Below the pieces are notes generated by a model that ran no database searches, was not told where the DNA came from, and worked only from the letters and a program-made list of their open reading frames with translations. A stretch of 62,977 nt of DNA, counting the filler, from Octopus bimaculoides (lineage: Eukaryota): NCBI RefSeq assembly GCF_001194135.2. It is 9 parts of 7 records of this genome, joined end to end, with 100 filler letters (N's around TTAATTAATTAA, not from the genome) between each part and the next. Parts side by side here need not be neighbours in the genome. Positions count along the whole stretch, not along the records: positions 42,304 to 56,635 come from NC_068981.1; 8 more parts are not named here. One strand, written 5' to 3'. This document shows, piece after piece, positions 42,304 to 54,699 of the stretch; the first letter of the stretch is position 1, and every line of letters begins with the position of its first letter. Both the position numbers and the translations under genes were made by a program.

Positions 42304-42597
42304 ATATAAGAGTGTATAAAATATTTTTATACACAAAGAGGAGATCATTGACAGGACTCCTTACATACTAAAAAGGCCAGTTAAAATCCACGATACGAAA
42401 GAGAGAATTCATGAGGCACACCATTATAACACTAGAATGAACAAAAAAATGTTGTTTTTTTTGTTCTAGTGTTATAACGACGTGCCTCATGAATTCTCTT
42501 TCTCGTGGTTTGGGTATTAACTGGCCTTTCTAGCATATAAGGAGTCTTGTCAATGGTCTCCTCTTTGTGTATAAAAATATTTTATACACTCTTATAT
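42304..42597. repeat. ~295-bp foldback (inverted repeat, arms of ~145 bp, ~5-nt loop)
   Basis: 42304-42450 and 42456-42597 are reverse-complementary by direct comparison. Each arm end holds a nested GTGTATAAAA..TTTTATACAC hairpin. Confidence 0.9.
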
Positions 42598-42759
42598 TTT
42601 TAAAAATATAGTATGTCTTAGGACTTTTAGTTATGCATGCTAACCACTGGTAGTAATAAATTATTTTAATTTATGACCCTCATATTTATGATTACATATT
42701 TATTATATCATACCTTGATACTGTGGACTAAGATCCCCCATTGACAGGCCACTGGCATT

Positions 42760-43340
42760 TATAGATTGTTAAACACTTTTGGTATGTGTGTGTACACCCA
42801 GAACCATGCAAACAATCAAAACTCACAAGTGATAGTATACAACCCTTCCCAAGTTCCTTCAGCTATGCATAACAAGAATCTGGCTTCCATTAAGATCTTT
42901 GGAGATGTTGCAAGTGATGGGAAATTGATGCCTCCTCATTTTGTTGAAGCGGTTCTTAAAATCAACATAGCAGAGTATCTCAAAATCTTAGAAGTTTTAT
43001 TGCTTTAAATTAGGAAGCATTATTATGCAAGTCGAATCATGTTTGTACAGTACTCTGCACCCACTCATTCTTCAAAAACAATGCAAGAATTTTTGAAGAA
43101 GGAATTACCCATAATGATATCTTGGCTCTAGCTCATCAGATTTGAATCCATGTGATTTTTGGCTATGGGGCACAGTTGAAGCAATATCCAATGCAATTTC
43201 TCACAACTGTGTATTTTCACTGAAGGCTTTGATCAAGCAAGCATTCAGTAAAATGAAAAGGAAGAAATACTTAAGACATGCACATCATTTTGTAAAAGAA
43301 TTGAACTGGTAAAGAGATCAAATGGCGATCACATTGAACT
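42760..43340 (+). mobile_element. Older mariner remnant of the same DD37D-like type
   Basis: IFGDVASDGKLMPPHFVE...LKINIAEYLKILE, SAPTHSSKTMQEFL and RSNGDHIE, colinear with the 18700-19250 copy. Confidence 0.7.
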
Positions 43341-43475
43341 AAGTGCTAAACACTCCACAATAATTTGGCATAAACATAAAATTTGCAATGTTTGATATTT
43401 CCTAGTTAAACCAATTATAATAAAAATATTTAAATGGTCTCAACTTACCTGTTAAAGCCTCTGTGTGTGTGTATG

Positions 43476-43518
<43 letters not shown>

Positions 43519-43523
43519 CACAT

Positions 43524-43895
43524 AGGCGCGGGAGTGGCTGTGTGGTAAGTAGCTTGCTTACCAACCACATGGTTCCGGTTTCAGTCCCACTGCATGCCAC
43601 CTTCTACTATAGCCTCGGGCTGACCAAAGCCTTGTGAGTAGATTTGGTAGACGGAAACTGAAAGAAGCCCGTCGTATATATGTATATGTATATATGAGTG
43701 TCTGTGTTTATCCCCCCAACATCGCTTGACAACCGATGTTGGTGTGTTTATGTCCCCATAACTTAGCAGTTCAGCAAAAGAGACTGATAGAATAAGTACT
43801 AGGTTAACAAAGAATAAGTCTTGGGGTCAATTTACTTGACTAAAGGTGGTGCTCCAGCATGGCTGCAGTCAAATCACTGAAACAAGTAAAAGAGT
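43524..43895 (+). mobile_element. tRNA-derived SINE, family B (full length)
   Basis: GGCGCGGGAGTGGCTGTGTGGTAAG...TCAGTCCCACTGC...GACGGAAACTGAAAGAAGCCC...GACTGAAACAAGTAAAAGAG. Confidence 0.85.
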
Positions 43896-44086
43896 ATACA
43901 CAAATATGCACACACACGTACAGAGTCCCATTGATCAACACTTTCTAAATAGAATATGGTTGAAATCATGTATATGAGTAGCAAAGTTGTGGACTGTGCT
44001 GTGCTTATATGTATATATATGTACGTATGTACTTGTGTGTGTGCGTGCATATTTGTGTGTGTGTATATTATATATATATATATATA

Positions 44087-44245
44087 TGAGTGGTTGGCGT
44101 TAGGAAGGGCATCCAGCTGTAGAAACTCTGCCAAATTTAGATTGGAGCCTGGTGTTGCCATCCGGTTTCACCAGTCCTCAGTCAAGTCGTCCAACCCATG
44201 CTAGCATGGAAAGTGGACGTTAAACAATGATGATGATGATGATGA
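44087..44245 (+). mobile_element. Interspersed repeat family C (SINE-like 3' part with GAT tail)
   Basis: GAGTGGTTGGCGTTAGGAAGGGCATCCAGCTGTAGAAAC...AACCCATGCTAGCATGGAAAG.GGAC.TTAAAC(GAT)n. A second copy lies at 44755-45082. Confidence 0.75.
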
Positions 44246-44294
44246 TATATATATATATAATTCTTAAAATTATCTCAGTTTTTCTCAGGCTTAC

Positions 44295-44486
44295 CTTTTG
44301 AAGTTCTGATTGGTTTTCCTTGTACTTGTAGAGCCATCTGGCTAAGTATTCAATAGGGTCTAAAGGTTGTTTCAGTATAATTTCCGTTAATGCTTTCGTC
44401 AATGGAACACCAAGATTATCAACGATGTATTGGCTGTCTATACATCCTTCTGGAAGGACTATGTCTTCCTTTGTGCTTAGCATCAT
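44295..44486 (-). CDS. First coding exon of a DPY30-domain-containing (DYDC1/DYDC2-like) protein
   Basis: Translates to 64 codons, MMLSTKEDIVLPEGCIDSQYIVDNLGVPLTKALTEIILKQPLDPIEYLARWLYKYKENQSELQK. The segment Y...LG..LT.AL.E....P.DPIEYLA.W.YKYKEN matches the Dpy-30 motif of DYDC proteins. A canonical acceptor (tttttagccacag|) lies at 44497 and a donor (AAG|gtaagc) at 44294, phase 0. The supplied ORF reads on into the intron. Downstream exons were not found. Confidence 0.88.
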
Positions 44487-44754
44487 GTAATGGTATCTGT
44501 GGCTAAAAAGATAATACTCACTTAGATAATTTGCTTATCTTTTTCTCTCTCACACACAACCTCTATTTTATAGATTAATAATGGTAAGTACGATCTAACA
44601 CACAACCAAAACCTTCTTATATTTTAAAGTGTTTGGCTCACTCATTATTCACTGCCAGATATAAGGAAGTCTGTATGATTGATGAAAATGATGATAATTC
44701 TTGTTTACTTGTATCAGAATTGCTTTATTTATAAATCTTTATGTTTCAATATTT

Positions 44755-45082
44755 TCTGAGCGTGCCGGTGTCACGTGAAAACACATTCGAGTGAGGTCGT
44801 TGCCAGTGCCGCTGGACTGGCTCCTGTGCAGGTGGCACGTAAAAAACACCATTTGAGCATGGCCGTTGCCAGTACCACCTGACTGGCCCTCGTGCTGGTA
44901 GCACGTAAAAGCACCCACTACACACTCTTGGAGTGGTTGGTGTTAGGAAGGGCATCCAGCTGTAAAAACTCTGCCAGATCAGATTGGAGCCTGGTGCAGC
45001 CATCTGGTTCATTAGTCCTCAGTCAAATTGTCTAACCCATGCTAGCATGGAAAGCGGACATTAAACGATGATAATGATGATG
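44755..45082 (+). mobile_element. Interspersed repeat family C, with a short internal direct repeat
   Basis: Has the same 3' end as 44087-44245. An internal unit (gttgccagt.cc.c..gactgg...cgtg..ggt.gcacgtaaaa) occurs twice. Confidence 0.75.
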
Positions 45083-45083
45083 A

Positions 45084-45291
45084 GGCAGTGAGCTGGCTGA
45101 GTTGTTAGCATGCCATGTAAAATGCTTAGTATCATTTCGTCCATCTCTATGTTCTGAGTTCAAAATCCACGAAAGTCAACTTTGCCTTTCATCCTTTTGG
45201 AGTCAAAAAGTAAGTACCATTTGAGCACTGGAGTCAATGAAATCAACTTACACCCTACCCCTAACTTGCTGGCCTTGTGCCAAAATTTGAA
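45084..45291 (+). mobile_element. SINE family A inserted at the (GAT)n tail of a family C repeat
   Basis: GGCAGTGAGCTGGC...GAGTTCAAAATCC...AAGTACCA. Confidence 0.8.
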
Positions 45292-45879
45292 ATGAATATT
45301 TCTGAGCATGATTTCAATATGGTCAACAGTGTCAGTAAAATAGGTACCAGTTATTCTTTCTCTCACAGAAACAATTTTTTTTATTCTAGTTTTGCGTTGC
45401 AATTTTTCTTTCTCCATTTTTTTTCTCCCATTCTTCTCTCATTTGTCTTCCAACAGAATCTGACACCTATACCCTAACACACATTTTGACCACAACCTCT
45501 ACATTTCTCTGGCCTTCCCTTTCAGTTCCTACTCATATCCACTGCCACCTCCTTTCTTCCTTGCATACAATACAATTACACAAACACACCATCCACCCAC
45601 ACCTTCACTATCCAATGCTTTTACACTTTCACACTTGTATATATCTACTCATACATCCCCTCTAAAAAAAACAATATATACACACACCTCATTACATTTT
45701 ATGCCTATCTCAATACCTGGATATACTCTTCTACGCACACACCTGCTTCTCCCTTCTCTCTTCTTCTCTTTGTAGAACCACATTCCCACCTGGCCCTTAA
45801 CCCCTTTATCCAATTTTTTTTTCCTTTAATCACTTTTCTCTTTAACACTTCTTGTATAGTGTTCTATCTTTCCCTATTA

Positions 45880-46115
45880 AGCCTTCACCACTATCCACAC
45901 TGCCCTTGCCAGGGTACATTCCGTGGACCATGCCTCTGCTCTTTCTCCCTGCACCCACCCCACCGTTGTCAAACTCCCATTTCCACTTACCTACCACCCC
46001 TATAACACACTATTCTCCAAGCCTTTCGGTAACTCCAGTCCAACCCCTCCACCTCGAACATCTTCCCCAACCTACCCCTTCCCTCCTTCAAACGAGCCCA
46101 CAACCTACATTACCG
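45880..46115 (+). mobile_element. Penelope-like element remnant (linker between RT and GIY-YIG)
   Basis: [13 protein letters not shown]...LPFPLTYHP, then after a frameshift [31 protein letters not shown]. This resembles the PLE motifs P.(V/L)TYHP and F...P..(A/S)F(K/R)R..NL. Confidence 0.6.
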
Positions 46116-46398
46116 ATGGTACCACCTATTCGCCGAAAAACACAATTCCTACTGTAAAGTTTGGAGGTGGCAACATCATGGTGTTGGGGTGTTTCTCTGC
46201 AAATGGCACTGGCAATTTACATGTGATAGATGGTAGAATGAATGCAGAGATGTACCAAAATATTTTGAACAATAATTTATGGGACTCTGTAGAAAAGCTC
46301 CAGTTTTGTGAAGGGTGGGTTTTACAACTGGATAACGACCCTAAGCACGCGGCGAAGTCTACCAAAATTGGATTGTCAATCACAATATAAAATTATTA
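46115..46398 (+). mobile_element. Tc1-family transposase fragment
   Basis: [47 protein letters not shown]...[16 protein letters not shown] is the classic Tc1 core up to the second Asp. It is cut by a gap. Confidence 0.9.
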
Positions 46399-47703
46399 NN
46401 NNNNNNNNNNNNNNNNNNNNNNNNNNNNNNNNNNNNNNNNNNNNNNNNNNNNNNNNNNNNNNNNNNNNNNNNNNNNNNNNNNNNNNNNNNNNNNNNNNNN
46501 NNNNNNNNNNNNNNNNNNNNNNNNNNNNNNNNNNNNNNNNNNNNNNNNNNNNNNNNNNNNNNNNNNNNNNNNNNNNNNNNNNNNNNNNNNNNNNNNNNNN
46601 NNNNNNNNNNNNNNNNNNNNNNNNNNNNNNNNNNNNNNNNNNNNNNNNNNNNNNNNNNNNNNNNNNNNNNNNNNNNNNNNNNNNNNNNNNNNNNNNNNNN
46701 NNNNNNNNNNNNNNNNNNNNNNNNNNNNNNNNNNNNNNNNNNNNNNNNNNNNNNNNNNNNNNNNNNNNNNNNNNNNNNNNNNNNNNNNNNNNNNNNNNNN
46801 NNNNNNNNNNNNNNNNNNNNNNNNTATATATATCATCTATTTCTCAATGTTCGCAAACAGCAGCAGTAATTTTCTTCAACTGAATACACGTCATTGATTG
46901 GTTAAAATTACTCAAATACGATAACTTTGTCAGAAACGTTAAGAGTAAACTCTGTTCTACATGACGCATTCTACCAGTATCCGAAGTTTTAAAGTGTTTA
47001 GTTAAAAAAAATTCATTGAAAAATCTGTCTGTCATTCAATAGATCCTTGATGTGAATGAATCTATTTTCAAAGGTAATTCTGGAGAATCGAAGAGGCAGA
47101 TTTACCTTATCTTACTCATTTTGTCCCAGCTAAATTTGTCTTTTATATACTCCAAGAGAACGATAATAATTTTCTAAAATAATGTTCTGAATATGTTATA
47201 ATTTTTTCAATGCATTTAGGGAAGGTCATTTGCTTAGCTAATATAGTTTTTGTAAGGCAGTGAACATTTGTAAAAAATATATTTTTCTCAAAGTCAAAAA
47301 TGCAGTAAAAACTCCTCATTGTGCCTCATCCCCCAGTTCTAAAACGAAGAATGTTACAGTATAATATAGTGGCTGCTATTTCTAGCTGATCGAACGAGTT
47401 ATCGTTAGACTGAGAAAGTAATGCAAAAGCTTATGGATGAATCGTTGTTTCATCAGAGTACGCTCTAACACCTTACCGAAGCATAATCTCAGCTGTGGTT
47501 ATCACAATGTGCGTAAAGTGATTTTTTTAACAAACATTTGAGTTAAAATAACAATGAGATAAGTCACACGTGGTCGCTTGATGTAATAGACATAACATGC
47601 AAGTCTTCCTCAAATGACATCCCATTGTTCCAGAAATAGAAAAGGAGCTGACACATGTAATGCAGTCCCACACACAATGTATGTATGTGTGGAGAGAGAG
47701 AGA

Positions 47704-47738
<35 letters not shown>

Positions 47739-47919
47739 CGATAAAACTTTCGAAGGTCTCCAGGTTTAAGGCTGACTTAGAGATAAACAACAATACAAAC
47801 AGACTTTCTATTTTGCTATCGTTTATATTCATCATGTAGACTAATTTTCTTTTGCCCCTTACATGTGTGTCGTGTTTTGAAATTCTTAAACGAAAATACA
47901 CATTTAACAATAAACTTAC

Positions 47920-48000
47920 GCAATGTAGTGCTAAATTTTCTCTTGTGAAAAGCGTGAGTTTTGTAATATGTTGTTATGAAGTTCTCCGTACAAGTTGATG
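47920..48000 (-). other. Candidate non-coding first exon (5'UTR) of the DYDC-like gene
   Basis: A TTGC|GTAAGT donor lies at 47919-47914 on the minus strand, about 90 bp downstream of an X-box. The next acceptor I can support is the DYDC-like exon. The TSS position is approximate. Confidence 0.45.
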
Positions 48001-48007
48001 AATTGCA

Positions 48008-48020
48008 GTTGCTAAGCAAC
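48008..48020. promoter_or_regulatory. RFX X-box (GTTGCT-A-AGCAAC)
   Basis: A perfect palindrome with a 1-nt spacer that fits the RFX consensus GTNRCY-N(0-3)-RGYAAC. An ETS-like ACTTCCG is adjacent at 48036-48042. The site is about 3.5 kb upstream of the DYDC-like ATG. Confidence 0.55.
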
Positions 48021-50699
48021 CTCATAAGGGAGATAACTTCCGTAAACTATTTGGAATGATTGGGTTTTTGTTAAACCCCAGGTTAACCAATAATCAAATG
48101 TATTCCAATAAGATCACATTAACTAATTTATCTTACCCTTTTAGAAGTAGATGTAGCTTAATTTGAGGCAGATGTGCCTGTTTTTTGTAGCAGGTCGGTC
48201 GATTACATACATAAATTCTCAAGCTGGTGCGTAAATTTGGAAAGGGTCTCAGTTAGCTACAAATGGCAACTTAATATCCGAAAATTGAAAGGCAAATTTG
48301 ACCTTTGTGATATTCTGAGTACTTTTGAAATCTAGTAAGACCAAAGCATATCCATAGCAATCACTTTGTTTGCTAACAAAGGTTTCCCCACTAAGCATGG
48401 AAGTACAATTTTCTGTAGAATTAATCCATAATTTTTTGCAATTATTCCCCTCGTTAACAATCGATACTAAGCTTGTTTTTCATCTCCAACTTAAAAGTTA
48501 ATTTCAAGTCATTAAAACTTGTTGGAATATATCATTCAAAACATCACTTCCACCTGAACTATCCAAATTCAGGTCTCCATGTATTATTTCTCTTTGTTCA
48601 CAGACTGTATTAAGGAATGTGCACACCAGGTAGTTGCCCAGAAAATGCATGGGTCTATGTTATTTTCTCTTGGTTGTGGTTGTGTATGTAGGCCCACTTC
48701 CTAGTGCGTTGGGTGGCCTATAATGCTGTTATGGCTTAAAGTGTCAACCCAATTTCCAGGAAATTTAACACTTGCAAAATTAAGCAAGGCCTTGAATATT
48801 GATGAAATTGATTAAAATGAGAGTTGAATTTATATTTCAACTGTAAATTTCCTAAAGCTCTCTGAGTCAGTTTACCCTGGTCTGGAACTAACGATCCCAG
48901 CAGCCACTTCCTCTGTTATTGTCATTCATTTCCATGTTTAAAATGCGAGGATGTTGCCCATTAAGTAGGACGAAGCATGAACAGAAAAAAAATCAAGCAG
49001 GTAGAATTATTTATGTCAGCCCTGACTCCGAATAGTTTGGGTCAGGCTAACTGAAGTGAGTTAAACAGCAACCAAACTTTTATGTTTCTCACAAGAACCT
49101 AAATGAAGGACTAGCCCTAAGAATGCACACTAACGTAGTGATTGATGAATAATCTATAAATATACAAAATCTTTGATGGGTTTCAATTTCATTGATGTTT
49201 TGAAGAATTCTTTAAGCTTCGAGGTCTTAGAAAAAAAAAGTAGTTTGAAAGGAAGATCAGAAATTGAACTGAAAAAGAACACCATACTAATAGAGAAGGA
49301 AACCGTAGTTTCAAAGATGGTCAGTTAAGAATTCAAAGTTCAGATTTTGAACTGTTAAACAAGTTCCTCAGTCAACAACTTCATTGTTGAGAGAACCCTA
49401 TTCAAGAAGGCTCGAAACAAGCATCATCAAATTACTAGACATTCAGATTCAAGTCAGACCCCAATCTAGCAATGTCATCTATGTCCATTTCAATTAGGGC
49501 AAGATTAATGAGTCACCTGCTGAACTCATGAAATGGAAAAAATGTACTGGTCATCAGATGAGAGATGAGAATGTTCCCAATAAGTTTTCCAAGCAAAGCA
49601 GAAGAACTCTAGAGCCCTCTCTTTCACTCAGTTGAGGATATCACGTCTGATGATTGAATCAAAGGTTTTTTGAAATCGAGCTTGTGAAGTACTCTAACTA
49701 CTTAAGAATGTTTTCTTGAAGTTCAAGGCTACTTCACATCCCAGTTCAATGTCTGCCTCAAGTTAGTTAAATGGATGCAAATTTCAAAAAGAGATGATTG
49801 GAGACCAGCTACAAACACCCTTTTGAGATGAGGCATCTCAAAGTTGACCAAACTGCTAAGGGGTGGAGATCACCATTCTAGTTACCCCTTTTCCATTTGT
49901 ATGTGATGCTGGTGAAGATGAATAAAAGGTGGAGTGCGACAGTAGTGGAAGGAAATGTATAGACAAGGATTCAGATAATGTGACGAAGTCAAACCATGCA
50001 GGTTTACTGATATCTGAAGTATTGCTATATTGTTGTTGGAGCATGTTTTGAAAAGAAAGAAAAAAACCACAAAAGTTAAGTCAAATGGACAAGTAGCAAA
50101 TAGAAAGAAAATAATAACTGAAGACGACTGTTAAAGTGTATTGGGTTCAGAAATGAGTCATTAAGTGCAAATAACTTCTAGTTGCTGATAATTTTTATCA
50201 TTGTGTATTGTAATATTGTTATCAATGCTTTAATAATATTTAGTAATCAAATGATTGCCAATGTTAGCTTTTTGTGTTGATTGGTAAGGTGATATATTTT
50301 CCTAGATAATCCAAGTATTGTTTTTATTATGTAATGTAATAGAAAGTGTTCATAGTTTAAATCCAACAATAGTTGGCATTGTTTCTCAGCATTTTGGCTG
50401 TGCTCAAAGTTATATTTCGATTCATCAGTATTTTGAGGTCATGGCTCTTAAGCGTAATAGAACAGGAATAGAAACAATACAATGGAGATAAGGTTCGAAA
50501 TTAGGATATCAGACTCAGCTGTAGTTGTGTGGTAAAAAGCAATATTCTAACTACGTGTAACAGTACATGAGCCCACATCTGACCTGACCTGAAACTGGGG
50601 TGATGTGAAATCATGTGCCTTGTGCAAGGACACAACATACTGCCTGGTTCTGCCACCACATTAATATTTCTGTATTATTACCAACACAATACACACATA

Positions 50700-50935
50700 G
50701 ACACAGGAATAGCTGCTTGATTAAGTAGCTTGCTTTGCGATCAGGGATTCAGTCCCACTGCATGGTACCTTGGGCAAGTGTCTTCTACTATAGCCCTGGG
50801 CCAACCAATACCTTGTATGTGAATTTGGTAGATGGAAACTAAAAAAATCCATTGAATATGTTTGTGTATGTTTGTTCCCCACCGCCATTTGACAACCGAT
50901 GTTCCTCTGTTTATGTTTATGCCCCTGTAACTGAG
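50700..50935 (+). mobile_element. SINE family B, partial
   Basis: TTCAGTCCCACTGCATGGTACCTTGGGCAAGTGTCTTCTACTATAGCC. Confidence 0.8.
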
Positions 50936-51976
50936 TGGGTTAGCACTTTATGTTGTTATAGACTATCTATTTTCTATTCCTCTGTCACAACTCTCTCCAA
51001 AAAGGCTTGTTTTCTTCACGTTTCAGCAATGAATTACAGGTTGAAATCCATCAGTTGAGGTTAGCCTTATTCAATTGATGAGGAACTCAAACATTGAGCC
51101 TGTTGATGTAACCAAGTTGATGCAGATGGTTTTCAACTCTGGATCTGGATATTTAGATATCTGTGATCATCTCGGTTGTATAACGGGGTTGGTGTCACCT
51201 AACTCCTTCATTTTGTTGCTGTTAATTTCAGTTAGTTGGCTAGAGCAAGGTACATCTTAAACTAAATATTTCCTGAATGGCACACACATCCAATAACAGC
51301 ATCCTCTCCATACACTGCATGTATCTTCCTGTAGGTTTCTGCTGTTTTCTTGCCTTTCTTGCACTAAAAAAGTACGAAGTGTTGATAATGTCTGTTTGAT
51401 TCTTCATTTTCAGAGTCATCTCTTTTGCTGAAGTGTCCAGTATCTAACGAGTGTGCATGCACAAGAGACAAACTGAAGTTAGTTACTTATTAGAGTTTAG
51501 TCTCAACACAAAACTGAATAGACGTTTTGGCCAACCTAATATATATATATCATCATCATCATCATCATTTAACATTCATTTTCCATGCTGGCAATATATA
51601 TATATGTATGAATGAAGGAAAATCACTTAAATGGGTCAATGACATGAATTTGAATAAGTCAGATAGGTCATGTACTAAGTGCAGAAAGCAAAAATAAATT
51701 CTTAACTGAAATTTCACTTTTAGTTGGAGAAGAAAAACAACTAGCTATTCTATATCAAAAGAGATGGGACAACTTTACTTTAAACCACAAGGAGTGAAAA
51801 GATTTTCAATGCCAGAGGCAAATTGCAAATACATAAGAATTTGTTGAACATATCTGTAGTGTGTACAATAAGAAATCTTGAAGCAGTTTCAAAGTTTGAA
51901 TACTGCATGAAATGTCTTAATGTTGGGTTTATATAAAAAATTGTGAAATATTTTTGTTTTTTCTATTTCTTTGCAG

Positions 51977-52128
51977 GATACACTAACAAGAATGCTTGTC
52001 CACCTTCAACTTTTTTCAACCCAGTACCATGGAAACCTTTAGTAATACCAGTTAAAACTAATGGGAATGAAAATGAAAATAATTATAAAAAAGAAAGAAA
52101 ATACAGCAAGGAAATCTTGTTTTTGTAA
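51977..52128 (+). CDS. Possible terminal coding exon of an unidentified plus-strand gene
   Basis: A strong polypyrimidine acceptor (ttttgttttttctatttctttgcag|) is followed by an open frame, (G)YTNKNACPPSTFFNPVPWKPLVIPVKTNGNENENNYKKERKYSKEILFL*. I recognise no homology. Confidence 0.3.
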
Positions 52129-53099
52129 ATCGCAAATAGAAACTGATATGTACATAATGTGTGGTATGGATGGATAGATGTTCAATTTCTTTCTGCAAAG
52201 TGAAAGCAGATCAACTCCAAGTTACAAGGCTCTTCTTTAATTGTTTAGCCACAGGTCACCCTGATCCAGCAAAACTAAAATGAAAAATGTTCCAACTATG
52301 ACCATTGATATGTTGTTGTTATATACAAATGAAGCAGGCAGATTTTTAAGTATGTTACTTTACTTTGCCATCTTGATTACCTTTTTTTTAAAAATCTTGA
52401 ATCATGTGATATCATTTTTTAAGGCATACACAAAGGGACATAGTTGTTTTAAATATTAAATCGAATCATCATGTTACAATCGTCCTGTCATTTTTTTACA
52501 CAGTATATCTAAGTTTATATTATATGGCATATACTTCTCTTTTAAGTTGGTTGGGGGAGATTCAGTTATTTCTTGCAATTCAAGTGATTAATTGATTCTC
52601 TTCATTGGTTTGTTTTTCCAGTTGACTCCAAGCAGTCACTACTATCTTTCCCAATCCTCCATTCAATCCTTTCTTTTAAAGGATGCCTCCAACCTCAATA
52701 TGTTACTACCGAATGTACAATCAACATTATTGGTCACTTTGGCTACACCTTCACCAGCATGATATGCTGAATAGCTTCCAGATTCTGTGATGCATTATAC
52801 AAAGATGACTGAGTTGCAGACAACTTCCATCAGTATTTTCTGGACATCTCTAACAATACCCAATATGTTTTCAAACTCATAACATGACACTTGAACTTGT
52901 GCAGTCATTCTTCAAACTACTTCTCAGTATGTGGTGTTCTCTAATACTTTGGCTCTGAAAGAAACCTGCAAGCAGAAAGGAAAATACCTCATCTTCTACC
53001 TGGAAACCTCTTCTCTACAGTCATGGTGTGAACCTGTGAGATGGTGATAATGATGTACCCTCCGCTGATGCATGCAAACAAATTCTGTTCATTTAACAT

Positions 53100-54000
53100 C
53101 CAACTCCAGTTGCATCACATCTGTTAAAAGATCTAGATGAACTTCCTACTGAGTTTACTCAAACAGTTGGTTTTAATCCTGACATTACCATATTCATGTG
53201 TTTGGTACAAACAATGGCTTCAAGTACCTTGCTGGTGCTGATACTCTATGTATGGATGGCATCTTTGCTATGGGTCCAAACATATTTAAACAGTTTCATG
53301 TCATCTGTGTACCTTTTGATGATACAGCCATTAATTCAGTGTACACTCTTCTTCCTAATAAAACTCATACCACATATGAACAGTTCTTTCAGACTATACT
53401 GGATAAACGTGCAAACCTGAACTATGGTATCAGTGTAGAAACCGTGATGTCTGCCTTTGAAGATGGTGCACTGAGAGCTATTCTTGCAGTCTTTGGCCAC
53501 AACATGGAGAGCAAAGGTTGTGTAGTAGTGATTTGAACTTGAACCACTTGGTAACCAAGCAGACATCATGATCAAACCATAGTGGTTTCACATGATCAGT
53601 CTAACATCTGCTACAACAGTTGTTTCTATCATCCTATGCAGTCTAATTAGTATAGGATCTATGAACTGGCTCTGGGAACATAGTATTATAACAATGCTGA
53701 ATTTCATTCATTTTGTGGGCACAGTAGATGGTCTATATATTTTTTTATTTTGCCTCTTGATGATGTTAATGAAGGTATGAGATACTTCAAAAACTGTCAT
53801 TCCACAAAGATCTACCTGAGACTAAGGAGTTGCTCATGTACTTTGATCATAGTGGCTCATTCCAATTGATTCTGATACCTTTGAGAATGCATTACATCCC
53901 ATCCATGTTTGCTCCTCACCTATGGAGTGTACATAATGCCACCATGAGCACGATTATCTTGCAAGATGCTGTTTATAATCTACCCCAAAGAAGAGTCCCC
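53100..54000 (+). mobile_element. Mutator/MULE transposase remnant
   Basis: LCMDGIFAMGPNIFKQFHVI...VYTLLPNKTHTTYEQFF...VMSAFEDGALRAILAVF...KGC matches the MULE domain pattern DGTF...P..F.Q...LLP.K...Y...DFE.A...GC.FH. A further remnant FAPHLWSVH follows. Confidence 0.8.
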
Positions 54001-54699
54001 AGACATAATGGACTCTATGTGTATATCACAGGATAGAGGTTTTTCTATTCTGTATATAAAAGAAGTTTGGCTACTTTTTCTAGCAGGTCATGCAGGCTCC
54101 ATCGTTGGTCTGTCTCAGTAATAATTTTGTTGTTATTTAGCCTCAAATCAACCCTGATACAGCAAACCTATCATCAAAGACATTCCAGCCTCCAGCAAAC
54201 CGTCTTTTTAGGGATAATCTAGGACGTTACGTACGATGGGCGTGTGATTTAGGTAGGGGGATACTTTGGCTGCTATTTTTAGCAATTCAAGCGACCAGGT
54301 AGAGGCTCTTTCATTGGTTCGATTGTGTGATGAGATTTTTTACACATATATGTGTGTATATATATATATCATCGACAGAAGTTAAAGAGTAAGTCAAAAG
54401 CTGAGAGTTTCATGTATTGGCACTTATCAAATACGAATTTGGCGATTGTCACTCTGTAACTTCTGCCTATTATTGTGTGTGTGTATGTATGTATGTATGT
54501 ATATATATANNNNNNNNNNNNNNNNNNNNNNNNNNNNNNNNNNNNNNNNNNNNNNNNNNNNNNNNNNNNNNNNNNNNNNNNNNNNNNNNNNNNNNNNNNN
54601 NNNNNNNNNNNNNNNNNNNNNNNNNNNNNNNNNNNNNNNNNNNNNNNNNNNNNNNNNNNNNNNNNNNNNNNNNNNNNNNNNNNNNNNNNNNNNNNNNNA

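Noticed and set aside
43524-43600. tRNA-like heads of SINEs as tRNA genes
   Set aside because: Only A/B-box remnants are present, they continue into SINE bodies, and no complete cloverleaf forms.
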